A stretch of 64,000 nt of DNA from a virus. Below, piece by piece: positions 31,201-39,674 of this stretch. Below the pieces are notes generated by a model. The model ran no database searches, was not told where the DNA came from, and saw nothing but the letters and a program-made list of their open reading frames with translations. The stretch covers positions 41,465 through 105,464 of the IMG/VR virus record IMGVR_UViG_3300031952_000005; one strand, written 5' to 3'. How positions within the stretch are numbered: position 1 is the first letter of the stretch; every line of letters begins with the position of its first letter. The translations under genes were made by a program, and so were the position numbers.

Positions 31201-33660
31201 AGGTATTATACCATATATATTTGCATTACCAGTTTCTTCTGTATATAATTTTACATGACCTCCAGAACCCATGTATGGTCTTACTAAATTATTTTCAGGT
31301 GCATGAAATGAAAATATATTTTTTTGTACTTGTAAATTATTTACTATAGTGTTAGTTAAACTGCAAGGAGCTTGATTTAAACATCTACCTGTTAAAAATG
31401 GATCGTCATTTACATCATTGTAAGGATAATTCTGAAATAATCCTTTTTGTGATGTTGTATTTTGAAGATCATATTGTATCATGTTATTAAACATACCTTT
31501 TGCAAGAATGCTTCTATTTCCTTCGCGTGAACCACGTAAGATTTCATAACCTACAATATCTAAAATAGGATTACCACTAGTGTCAACAGGATGTGATATA
31601 TTAGAAAACTCAACTCCTAGTATATTTATTTTATCACCTGTTGTATTATGTATGTGAGTAGTTTCATTAGAAGGCATCTTGTGATGTCTAATAGGTTTAT
31701 TACACAAATCTCCCCATATTTCTGGATGATTATTTGGATACAACTCAGTAGATTCCCAGTATGCCATGTTACCACGTAAGTTGACAATACCACCATCTAT
31801 TCTAGCGTAATTTGGCATACTTGTTATTGTAGAAGTATCATATACTTGCCATGTTTTTCTACGTGTCTGATCAATTAAATCAGGATTAGTTATAGGTAAT
31901 AATGCAAGATCACTTGTAACTGCTTCTCTACCAGGTATATGAAATGATGCAGATCTTGCACCTGTTTTATATACCCATCTGATAAAGAAAGGATAAACTT
32001 CATCTCTATAATAACCAACTTCATGACCACCATCCCAGTAGTAACTTGCAGGATATTCTATAGACACCCAGTTACATTCTATCTGATTTGCTAGTGGTTG
32101 ATAATTAAAAAATGGTTGAGTAGTTACACTTGAGCGTATCAAGTATCCACTTACATTAAACATTTTTTCACTTTTCTCATATATAACTTTTTTAATAGGT
32201 ATAAGAGAAAGATCTACAGTAATAAGAGATGCATTATATAAATCTAAATGTACATTTGTTTGATTAATAGAATAGTATCCAATTTTCTTTGCAACAGATT
32301 GTTGATTAATAGTAGCAATAATAACCAGTTCATATTCTTCAAAATTCTGATCAAGATTGTCTAATGTTATATTAATTGAACCACCCATTCCAGTGTGATC
32401 CCATAATGTCTGTGCATTACTAGGCATACTATAATCAGTAAGTTTAACACCGTTCTCAGAATATGCAATAACTGCTTGATAAGAACCATTGTTTAATTGC
32501 CCACTACCTTTTGATTTACGTACTGTGACACATGGTTGTTCAACTAATGGATGTAATCTTAACTCATCACAATCTAATCTATCTGTACATATTTTTTCAC
32601 CACATGCATCAGGATCAGGAATTGTTTGGTTTACTTCTTTACATATTGTACCAGCAGCAGAAACAGAATAACCATCTGCCATATTATCAATATCAATACT
32701 TCCTTCTAATGCACATATAGTAACACTTTGTCCATAGTCCATGCTTAATACTTGCAGAATATTACCATCAACATCTGTATAATAAATACCAGTATCTATA
32801 ACAGGCATAGGTGGTGTTTCAGGTGTAACAACAGGACAATTTACTGTATAATCCCACTCAGTACCAGTTGGTCCTGTGATTCTTATGTAACAAGTAGAAG
32901 TTGTTGAAAACTTATTAAATGTTAGTGACCCTGCTCCTGATACTGGTCCACCTGTTGTAACTGTTGGAGGATCTATTGCTGGATTAGCATCAAACCATAT
33001 ATCCATTCTATCTGTTATAGTATACATTTCATAATTTACAGTCACGACACCATACATTTCTCCAAGTGAATGTATAGTATTTGTAACACCTGGACCCCCA
33101 GAATTAGTTGCAACTCCACAAGGATTTGCAGAACTTGCTCTAGCAACAGTATAATTATTCCATGTTTTATTTACGTCTACAGTTTTTATAGAACATATAT
33201 ATGGAATTTTATTTGGATCCAGATTTAATACTCTATCTGGATTTCTATTATCTTGCCAGTATGCAGAATAAGAACAATCATAATTTTCTTTAACTGCTCC
33301 TGTAATTAAATTATAAGTACTAAAATTTAAACAAGTATCTCTAATAAGTTTTGTATATGAACAAGTAGACTCATCAAATATTCCTATTTCTGATGTACTA
33401 TTATCTGTACTATATACTACCCATTCAGTTTTAAGTTTATTTATAATACCTATTACTGTAAATGGAAAAGTAGCACATTCCAAATTTGACTGCTCATTAC
33501 TGATTGTACCTACCTCACCATTATGAGCGTTGTTAATTGCATTAATTGCATTTGTCCAAACACCTTCAGGTATATATACATCAGTAGTATCCTTTAACAT
33601 TCCTTTTGAGAATGCGTTAATCAATTGTGGAGTTCCTGTATTTTTAGTTTGTTCTGCCAT
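28285..33660 (-). CDS. Tail stabilization / muzzle protein (1791 aa)
   Basis: Size, position between ring gene and cargo genes, GYYRDEVYPFFI and WTISYDPKLKIWLSFHDWHP motifs typical of crAss-like muzzle proteins. Confidence 0.75.
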   Translation of the reverse strand: MAEQTKNTGTPQLINAFSKGMLKDTTDVYIPEGVWTNAINAINNAHNGEVGTISNEQSNLECATFPFTVIGIINKLKTEWVVYSTDNSTSEIGIFDESTCSYTKLIRDTCLNFSTYNLITGAVKENYDCSYSAYWQDNRNPDRVLNLDPNKIPYICSIKTVDVNKTWNNYTVARASSANPCGVATNSGGPGVTNTIHSLGEMYGVVTVNYEMYTITDRMDIWFDANPAIDPPTVTTGGPVSGAGSLTFNKFSTTSTCYIRITGPTGTEWDYTVNCPVVTPETPPMPVIDTGIYYTDVDGNILQVLSMDYGQSVTICALEGSIDIDNMADGYSVSAAGTICKEVNQTIPDPDACGEKICTDRLDCDELRLHPLVEQPCVTVRKSKGSGQLNNGSYQAVIAYSENGVKLTDYSMPSNAQTLWDHTGMGGSINITLDNLDQNFEEYELVIIATINQQSVAKKIGYYSINQTNVHLDLYNASLITVDLSLIPIKKVIYEKSEKMFNVSGYLIRSSVTTQPFFNYQPLANQIECNWVSIEYPASYYWDGGHEVGYYRDEVYPFFIRWVYKTGARSASFHIPGREAVTSDLALLPITNPDLIDQTRRKTWQVYDTSTITSMPNYARIDGGIVNLRGNMAYWESTELYPNNHPEIWGDLCNKPIRHHKMPSNETTHIHNTTGDKINILGVEFSNISHPVDTSGNPILDIVGYEILRGSREGNRSILAKGMFNNMIQYDLQNTTSQKGLFQNYPYNDVNDDPFLTGRCLNQAPCSLTNTIVNNLQVQKNIFSFHAPENNLVRPYMGSGGHVKLYTEETGNANIYGIIPYQHPKFKFINEGAFTSSVAYATGLAVLALFGEQATSSTTTGHTTGPSGELDVVTISLPWVSGTGTYLGDTNMITRNPVINYDNTFSTTTQGGVGNIVDTITNSKLVTAANAAFSGAVGLGAAVGLISSVWAAAAAANSVFTQTLASLIDILYGVIKYRDYVVQLNSHAFYNSFTGVVNTNVPSALQPSITRPVVPQGAKYVGSGLQDFNSIQRINNVNRNKFLALQTTTDINFTNTIDSSKSLLDDPSSISKIYTRNVASYYGAIKVDYENQYGQLHAIVQIPVQSCVYNTIGTVNRQHATSQILGGDVYINRYTEKNVYYFYNTWLIDVPNGTEWNYDNYRNGPIPTYWLDSSLYDSSDFNISITWKLLIVPEFNFGTPADLYKLDERGRVNTSSIPAFSLSFYNAWMYLSFNGVRDFFTESELNVAFRDYGEEPWEKFYDSVGNSFTDLDTMFRSDLITRPIYYEYDLSLSASKLYSNFASWGNILPRDYDPAIYTSCFQYYPRRVVYSLQQQEGLKRDNWRNYLQNNYRDFEGKVNVIKTLNAQGAVILFEDIEPTQFVGVDTFQSQGGVKYTIGDAGLFQQNMQSLVNADDAFEYGTCISSKSAVNTPYGLFWVSQKTGKIINFTGSVLDEISKNDMKYWFLENLPSPLLKKFPNYKLYDNVIEGISAQAIFDSQYDLLYFTKKDYKPLIEALQYNEFNNTFYTNINDVVTTYTFDNPAAFEKIEWTISYDPKLKIWLSFHDWHPEWLIPSYNHFLTIKTLVEEEEDVTKIWRHNVRTDSFANYYGDDYPWEVEYPVVTPNTITTLRNFEYTLDAYKYYNNGKDFNHVLDVNFDRAIIYNSEQNSGLLKLNVKPKNNPFALLNYPVVNIDSIDILFSKEENKFRFNQFYDVTNDRGEFTGNTIPMWITQPDGYHKDLNAAYLNYAKSPLEHKKFRHYGNKVILRKTVSADKKMILKFVNNKYLISPR

Positions 33661-33663
33661 GTC

Positions 33664-34767
33664 TTAGTACATATAACTTTTAAACATGTCATAATAATTA
33701 TGATATTGTGCTCTTCTGTTCAAATCATGAAGTCTTCTCATTTCTGCAAAGTCAGGAGTATTAACAAATGACAATGCGTTTGCACGTGCACCACGCAGCT
33801 TCTGATCCATTAACTGCATATGATTGGATACATTCTCTCCACTCATAAATAAGTTCTCGTAAATGCGTTGTTTTATAGCGTATTCATAATACTCGTTACA
33901 GTATGGATGATCAAGAACTAATAAATTACCATCATCATCTTCCATAAGTGATTGATAGTTGATAAAAATTACTCCTTCATCAAAATTAGTATGCATAAAT
34001 CCATTTTTAATATATGCGTCATATCTACCTCTTGTGTTTACATTAAAACAATCATCAGAAACAGATACTGATTTTTGCATTCTTAAAGGAATTAAAGTTT
34101 TACTATCAGTTCTTCTACCATTTGTTACGTAATGCACACGAGGTGTTCCATCAGCAGTACAGTCTAATAACGCAGGACAACTTCCTGAACCAGTACCCAT
34201 AGTACTTATTTTAGCACCCATTATAATTACTTTTACATTAGGTATAGTTACTATTGAAGTTGAAAATAAACTAATGTTCTCAGAATCAATAATATTAATA
34301 TCAAAATCTAGTGCAATACCATCACTATCAAATGCTTGTACAATAATATTTTGTGTATGCAACTGATGGTTAATAATGTTAGAACCTATTAAAATATCAA
34401 CTATTGTTGTAGACTGGTTAACAAACTTATCTGCTAAAAAGTTTTGAGCAAGACTGACACCTTCTAATATACCTTCAGTATATGTTTTATTGTAACTAGG
34501 TATTTCTTCAGTGTAATGTTCTTCACAAACTAAACCAAAATTTAATACATAAAAGTCTTGAGGAAGTTTTCCTTTTCCTTTGTGTATTTCAATTGCTTTA
34601 CTACGTGCTTGATTGATGCGCAATCCTAAATCATAATTTACACGCATTGCAACTTTAATAAGTTGTTGTGGTGCAATTAATCCTTCAAGATCCCATGTGT
34701 ATAAATCAATTTTTACACTGTCTAGTAAATCATCGAATGTTCTATATTGAGGTTCAGTTAATGCCAT
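33664..34767 (-). CDS. Tail ring / head-tail adaptor protein with inserted small beta domain
   Basis: Immediately upstream of muzzle; YIKNGFMHTNFDEG...DDDGNLLVLDHP motif; insert INHQLHTQNIIVQAFD. Confidence 0.6.
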   Translation of the reverse strand: MALTEPQYRTFDDLLDSVKIDLYTWDLEGLIAPQQLIKVAMRVNYDLGLRINQARSKAIEIHKGKGKLPQDFYVLNFGLVCEEHYTEEIPSYNKTYTEGILEGVSLAQNFLADKFVNQSTTIVDILIGSNIINHQLHTQNIIVQAFDSDGIALDFDINIIDSENISLFSTSIVTIPNVKVIIMGAKISTMGTGSGSCPALLDCTADGTPRVHYVTNGRRTDSKTLIPLRMQKSVSVSDDCFNVNTRGRYDAYIKNGFMHTNFDEGVIFINYQSLMEDDDGNLLVLDHPYCNEYYEYAIKQRIYENLFMSGENVSNHMQLMDQKLRGARANALSFVNTPDFAEMRRLHDLNRRAQYHNYYDMFKSYMY

Positions 34768-34775
34768 TGTAATTA

Positions 34776-35447
34776 TTAATTAATTATGTTTCTATTATCT
34801 TGTTGTGGATCTGATGGTACTGCCATCATTGCACCAAGATCTTTTATTACATTTTGTTCTATTTCTGAATATAAGTATTCTGGAATAGCAAAATTCTTAT
34901 CTTGTATATAAATACAATCATCTGTAGTATCACAATTGTAACCACTTATATCACCTTCAAATACACCTTCAATTCTTACAGCATCCCATACAGTATTTGG
35001 AAAATAAATATGTCCATCTGAATACCAGTAGTATTTCTTTTTATTATACTTAAATGTCTTTTGATTAGACATTTTTTCAAATGTGTTAGGATAAGTAGGT
35101 GATACTTCTTCTGACAAATCTAATGAAGTAACACTTCTAAAAATAGGTCCCCAGTGTCCTTCCATCATATTGGGTAATTTATTTTTTGTACGTTTAAAAG
35201 TACAACCAGATGTAATACAATGACATTGAGATTCAGCGCGATCTATTTCGATTAACTCTACATAATTTAGAACTTGAAATACACTGTTGAATTTCATTAT
35301 TCTATTCTGTATGTCTTGTCTACGCACAAGCATTTTAGCATGCTTCATTACCATAGAATATAAAAATCTATCAGTAAGGAACGCATCCTGCTTAACTGCT
35401 TTTATTTGATTACGTACTCTTGATAGTACTTCACCTATTGTTATCAT
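34776..35447 (-). CDS. Tail ring (tubular) protein
   Basis: 223 aa; synteny; YYWYSDGHIYF...VRIEGVFE...FAIP pattern of crAss-like ring proteins. Confidence 0.6.
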   Translation of the reverse strand: MITIGEVLSRVRNQIKAVKQDAFLTDRFLYSMVMKHAKMLVRRQDIQNRIMKFNSVFQVLNYVELIEIDRAESQCHCITSGCTFKRTKNKLPNMMEGHWGPIFRSVTSLDLSEEVSPTYPNTFEKMSNQKTFKYNKKKYYWYSDGHIYFPNTVWDAVRIEGVFEGDISGYNCDTTDDCIYIQDKNFAIPEYLYSEIEQNVIKDLGAMMAVPSDPQQDNRNIIN

Positions 35448-35455
35448 AATCTTAT

Positions 35456-36028
35456 TTATATATCGAACTCATCATAGTATTTAAGTTCATCTTGTTCTTG
35501 TTCTTTTTTATCAAGTTTATAATTATTTGATTTATAAATATTTGATATTTTTACTCTTGGATCTACTTGTAAATACTTCTTCCAGTTTTCTGGATAAGTA
35601 GCACTTACTGTTCTACTAAACTCACGCGTTGAATTAAACGCCCACAACTCATGATTCTTAAATCTGTACTTACTACCAAAAGTAGTAAAAAAGATTTTTG
35701 CAAGATACTGATCACTTTCAAAATTTCTATGTTGTACAGTACTTATGTATTCTTCACTTGCTTTAAAATCAATGTTTTTCTTTTTTGGTGGAGGACATGT
35801 TCCTACAAACAAATGTCCAATTTGTTCTGGTAGTTCAACACCATCACGTTTGTTAATTACAGTTTTCCACATGTTTTCATTAAACTTACTTACTATCAAT
35901 TTGATTTGCTCATTGGTCAAATCTACTGATGAAGGAACCTTTTCTTTTAATGATTTTATAAAATCTGTATTCAATGTACCTTCTGTCATTTTTCTGAATC
36001 GAGGTGCATTTAAGTTTGGTTTATTCAT
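35456..36028 (-). CDS. IHF/HU-like protein of the crAss-like tail module
   Basis: DGVELPEQIGHLFV motif, basic; synteny. Confidence 0.5.
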   Translation of the reverse strand: MNKPNLNAPRFRKMTEGTLNTDFIKSLKEKVPSSVDLTNEQIKLIVSKFNENMWKTVINKRDGVELPEQIGHLFVGTCPPPKKKNIDFKASEEYISTVQHRNFESDQYLAKIFFTTFGSKYRFKNHELWAFNSTREFSRTVSATYPENWKKYLQVDPRVKISNIYKSNNYKLDKKEQEQDELKYYDEFDI

Positions 36029-36036
36029 GAGTTATA

Positions 36037-36052
36037 TACATTAAGAATTTAC
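36037..36052 (-). promoter_or_regulatory. Candidate late promoter GTAAATTC-W4-TGTA
   Basis: GTAAATTCTTAATGTA upstream of 36028. Confidence 0.55.
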
Positions 36053-36091
36053 TAAAAAATATGAACATATTAAAGGATTTACCTAATTATC

Positions 36092-37360
36092 TTATACTGA
36101 ATAAGTAAACTCAGATATAAGTCCTTTGTTTATTTCGTGTATGTGTATTATTGCAGACCTTTGATTTCCAGTCCATTTGTTATGATAATGATAATAATCT
36201 GAAGATGTAAGCGCAGGAATAATACGTGTAACAAATCCTTGTTCTTCATTCTCAGTAATTACTTCTTTTGTTTTTCTACCATGATAGTGTCCTGTGTATA
36301 GCATTCTATGTTCAGAGTTACCCCATTCTGTAGAAAATTCTACTGCATATACTAATGGATTATTTTTAGATGATACATCACCATGTTCAACAGCAATCAT
36401 GTTTTTACCATACATAATGACTTTGCGTTCTGCATACTCTACGTTAAATGTAATATCAGTATCTTTTTTAAATACTTGTGATGATGCATGGATCATATGA
36501 TATGAAGATAGTCTATCGTGATTACCTGGTATAAACACAACCTCTAAGTTCTCACAAAACTGTTTAAGTTTATCAACAGCGTTACATACTGCGTCAAACG
36601 CTTTTAAATATGCTTTAGTTGCCACTTCTGAGTTTTCAACAGGTGTTCCTTTTGTAGTAGTACCATCAAAAGTATCCATGTTAAGTGTATCAGGTCCTAT
36701 TATTAATATAATTTTATCTAAATGATAATTTCTGTATGCTTTACCAACAAGATATGTAAGTGCAATATCCATTACTTCTGCCATGTTTTCATTACCTGGT
36801 TTACCAAAATGTAAATCTTGTAATGAAATAACCCCGCACACTTTCTCAGTTGATACTGAATTTAAATGTACAGGGTTTACTTTAGGAAAAACAGGTAACT
36901 TATAAGTTAATAGTTCTTGTAGAAATGATTTTTGTGCGATTAGTTCAGTAGGCAATCTTGTTATTAGTGCAGATACTAACCATTTGTTATTTTGTTCCTT
37001 ATTCCAGAACTGAGACAACTTCCATTTTGTAGTATCAATACTTAGTAAAGCAATAATTTCATCAGGTGTTTTTGGTTCTGTACTTGATATACCAGTAATC
37101 TTACTAGTACCTGTTTCAAGATTTTGATGAACTTCTGTTACTTTTGAATTTGTTTCTTTTTGTGGAAACAACTTATTGTCAATACTATGAAAAAAAGAAT
37201 CATCCATCACTTCATCATCAGACATGTTTTTTATTACATCTAATGTTTCTTTTTTAATAAACATGTATTCATGTAGTGATAACTCTAATCTGTCTGCTTC
37301 TTTTTGATTTGAATTTTTTCTTGTTAATCCTTGGTAAATTAATTTACTAATTAATTTCAT
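36092..37360 (-). CDS. Calcineurin-like metallophosphoesterase
   Basis: DLHFGK, GPD, GNHD, EHGD and GHYH motifs. ATG at 37360 preferred because the track's TTG start overlaps a TATATTTG promoter element. Confidence 0.85.
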   Translation of the reverse strand: MKLISKLIYQGLTRKNSNQKEADRLELSLHEYMFIKKETLDVIKNMSDDEVMDDSFFHSIDNKLFPQKETNSKVTEVHQNLETGTSKITGISSTEPKTPDEIIALLSIDTTKWKLSQFWNKEQNNKWLVSALITRLPTELIAQKSFLQELLTYKLPVFPKVNPVHLNSVSTEKVCGVISLQDLHFGKPGNENMAEVMDIALTYLVGKAYRNYHLDKIILIIGPDTLNMDTFDGTTTKGTPVENSEVATKAYLKAFDAVCNAVDKLKQFCENLEVVFIPGNHDRLSSYHMIHASSQVFKKDTDITFNVEYAERKVIMYGKNMIAVEHGDVSSKNNPLVYAVEFSTEWGNSEHRMLYTGHYHGRKTKEVITENEEQGFVTRIIPALTSSDYYHYHNKWTGNQRSAIIHIHEINKGLISEFTYSV

Positions 37361-37418
37361 GTTTGAACATTTTGAGTTATACAAATATATTATTAAAATA
37401 AAAAACTACATAAAATAT

Positions 37419-39641
37419 TTATAGATTATTATATGCAACACCTTGAACATTTAAAGTTATAATTGCATTTTGTGCATTTAAAGTTAATATTGATTTTTTG
37501 TGAGTTGTTGTAATACTTTTTGGTTTACCAAAATATGAATTCCATGTTACTAGTGCTAAATCTATAACTAGTTGACTTGTGTCTGCTATAGTAAAATCAG
37601 CATCGTCTATATATATATGTTGTACACCTTCCGCCCAAGTTTTTGTAGCATACTCTAAATCAGTAGAATTACCTCTTATATCAAAATAAAGAAGAGTAGA
37701 TGGAATGTTGTGTATTTCTCCAGTAATAGTGTTTAAACCTCTACTATCAAATACTTTTAATCCTAGAGCACTCATTGTTTGTAATGTTCCTGTAACAGCA
37801 TTTTGACCTTGATTATCATAGAACTCTAATATTGCTGGCAAACTATTAATATTACCTGATGTAACTTGAAAAGGAGCTACATCAGTACTCAACGTTCCAG
37901 CACCCCAGTTTTGAAAAGTTTTTAAACTTGCTGGTAAATTTGCTATATCACCACTAGTAGTATTTTTACCTTTATTACTATAATAAGTTAAAGAAGTTTT
38001 ATTTGTTAAACCAAAAAGATTTCCTGTTGTTGTTTGAAAAGGAGCAATCTGATCACGCAGGGTTCCATTTCCTTCATTTAAAAAGTACGTTATTCCAACT
38101 GGTAAATTACCTATGTCACCACTAGTGTAATTTATACCTCTATTACTATAACTTGTTAAAGTAGGTTTTAAATTACCAATATTACCAAAAGTTCTATTAG
38201 CACCTTCATTAGCATAAGTAATTAATGTAATAGGTAAATCTTTTATATCACCAGATGTGGTATTATTACCCCTGTTTCTGTAAAGTGTTAAATTAGGAGG
38301 TAAGTCTTTAATATCTCCACTTGTGGTATTAAGACCTGTGTTTTCGTAAATAGTTAAACTACGTGGTAATGATATCATTGTACCAAATGTATTGTTACTA
38401 CCTCCACAAATAAACGATTGCAATCCTGCAGGTAGTGCATCAACATTACCAGATATTTTATTAGAAATAGTACCAACAGTTGAATCAGTACATATAAATT
38501 TAGTTAATCCTGTGAATGCTCCTAGTTGAGCAGTAGTAAATGCTATACTATTAAATGTATTATCTGTTACTATAAAATTAGAAAACTCTTTGATATTTGC
38601 ATTACCTAATGAACTTCTCATTCTTATTTCTCCAGTATAAGCAGCACCATATGTATGAGATATAGTTATAGTATCTGTTGCAGTAGTATATCCTTCTATA
38701 GTACCATCACCCCAATTCACTAATAAACTAGAAGAACTGGTAGAAAGTTTAACATCAAATTTATTTTCTTCACTACTTATTAATGATAATGGTAACAATG
38801 GACAAGTTGCTATGTTAGTAATTATGCCTGCTAGTATTGTCACAACAATTATGTCTGAAACATTAGTATAATCTTGCACTTGATTATTAGGAATATACCA
38901 GTAATTCCCATTAGGAATAACCTCACAATCTGTTGCATTCCATACAACATACGCAGTTTGTCCAACTGTCATGCTACCTGTTTCAAGTGCATAAGCAGAA
39001 GTAAAACCAGTAGTTCTAACTGCTTTATAATCAACATATGCTGAACAAACTTGTTCAACAGTTCCACTAGAAAAAGGATAATTAGTTACACCATCAGTCC
39101 ATGCGTATGCTAAGTATGATTGTAACGTTAAACCTGCAGGTCTAACACAACATTCTACTGTTTCTGATGGTGGTCCGCATGGTGTTCCTCCATTTAATGG
39201 TTGTTGAATAATTGTTCGAGTACGTGTTTTTTCACCATCAACACATGGTCCAAATGGTCCCCATTCAGATTGTATACAATCAACAGGACATGTTGTTGTT
39301 TCTGTAAGTGGTGGACATGCTGGTGCACAAACACTTGGTTCTGTAATTGCTGTTCTAGTTCTAGTTTTTGTACCTGTTGCAGGATTACATGCTGACCATG
39401 CACTCCAGTCAGAAACCTGACAATTAGTTACACAACAAGCTAAACTTATTGTTTTGAATATTTCGAATATTTCATATACAGTCATACCTGTTGTAATATT
39501 CAAACAAGGAATATCTGCACCTGTATATATTACACATTTATCATCATGAGATGATGTACATAACGTATGTGAATAATCTGTACCTGGATATAATGGATCA
39601 GGACAAGGAACACAAGCAGTACAGTTGTTATTTGGATACAT
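37419..39641 (-). CDS. Cys-rich fibre/receptor-binding protein with two TSP1 repeats, PKD-like domain and leucine-rich-like solenoid repeats
   Basis: CQVSDWSAWSAC...TRTRT and CIQSEWGPFGPC...TRTRTIIQQPLNGGTPC; VNWGDGT; about ten repeats of N-x-T-S-G-D-I-x-x-L-P. Confidence 0.7.
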   Translation of the reverse strand: MYPNNNCTACVPCPDPLYPGTDYSHTLCTSSHDDKCVIYTGADIPCLNITTGMTVYEIFEIFKTISLACCVTNCQVSDWSAWSACNPATGTKTRTRTAITEPSVCAPACPPLTETTTCPVDCIQSEWGPFGPCVDGEKTRTRTIIQQPLNGGTPCGPPSETVECCVRPAGLTLQSYLAYAWTDGVTNYPFSSGTVEQVCSAYVDYKAVRTTGFTSAYALETGSMTVGQTAYVVWNATDCEVIPNGNYWYIPNNQVQDYTNVSDIIVVTILAGIITNIATCPLLPLSLISSEENKFDVKLSTSSSSLLVNWGDGTIEGYTTATDTITISHTYGAAYTGEIRMRSSLGNANIKEFSNFIVTDNTFNSIAFTTAQLGAFTGLTKFICTDSTVGTISNKISGNVDALPAGLQSFICGGSNNTFGTMISLPRSLTIYENTGLNTTSGDIKDLPPNLTLYRNRGNNTTSGDIKDLPITLITYANEGANRTFGNIGNLKPTLTSYSNRGINYTSGDIGNLPVGITYFLNEGNGTLRDQIAPFQTTTGNLFGLTNKTSLTYYSNKGKNTTSGDIANLPASLKTFQNWGAGTLSTDVAPFQVTSGNINSLPAILEFYDNQGQNAVTGTLQTMSALGLKVFDSRGLNTITGEIHNIPSTLLYFDIRGNSTDLEYATKTWAEGVQHIYIDDADFTIADTSQLVIDLALVTWNSYFGKPKSITTTHKKSILTLNAQNAIITLNVQGVAYNNL

Positions 39642-39674
39642 AATTAATCTAGTTTATGACAATGTGTATTATTA

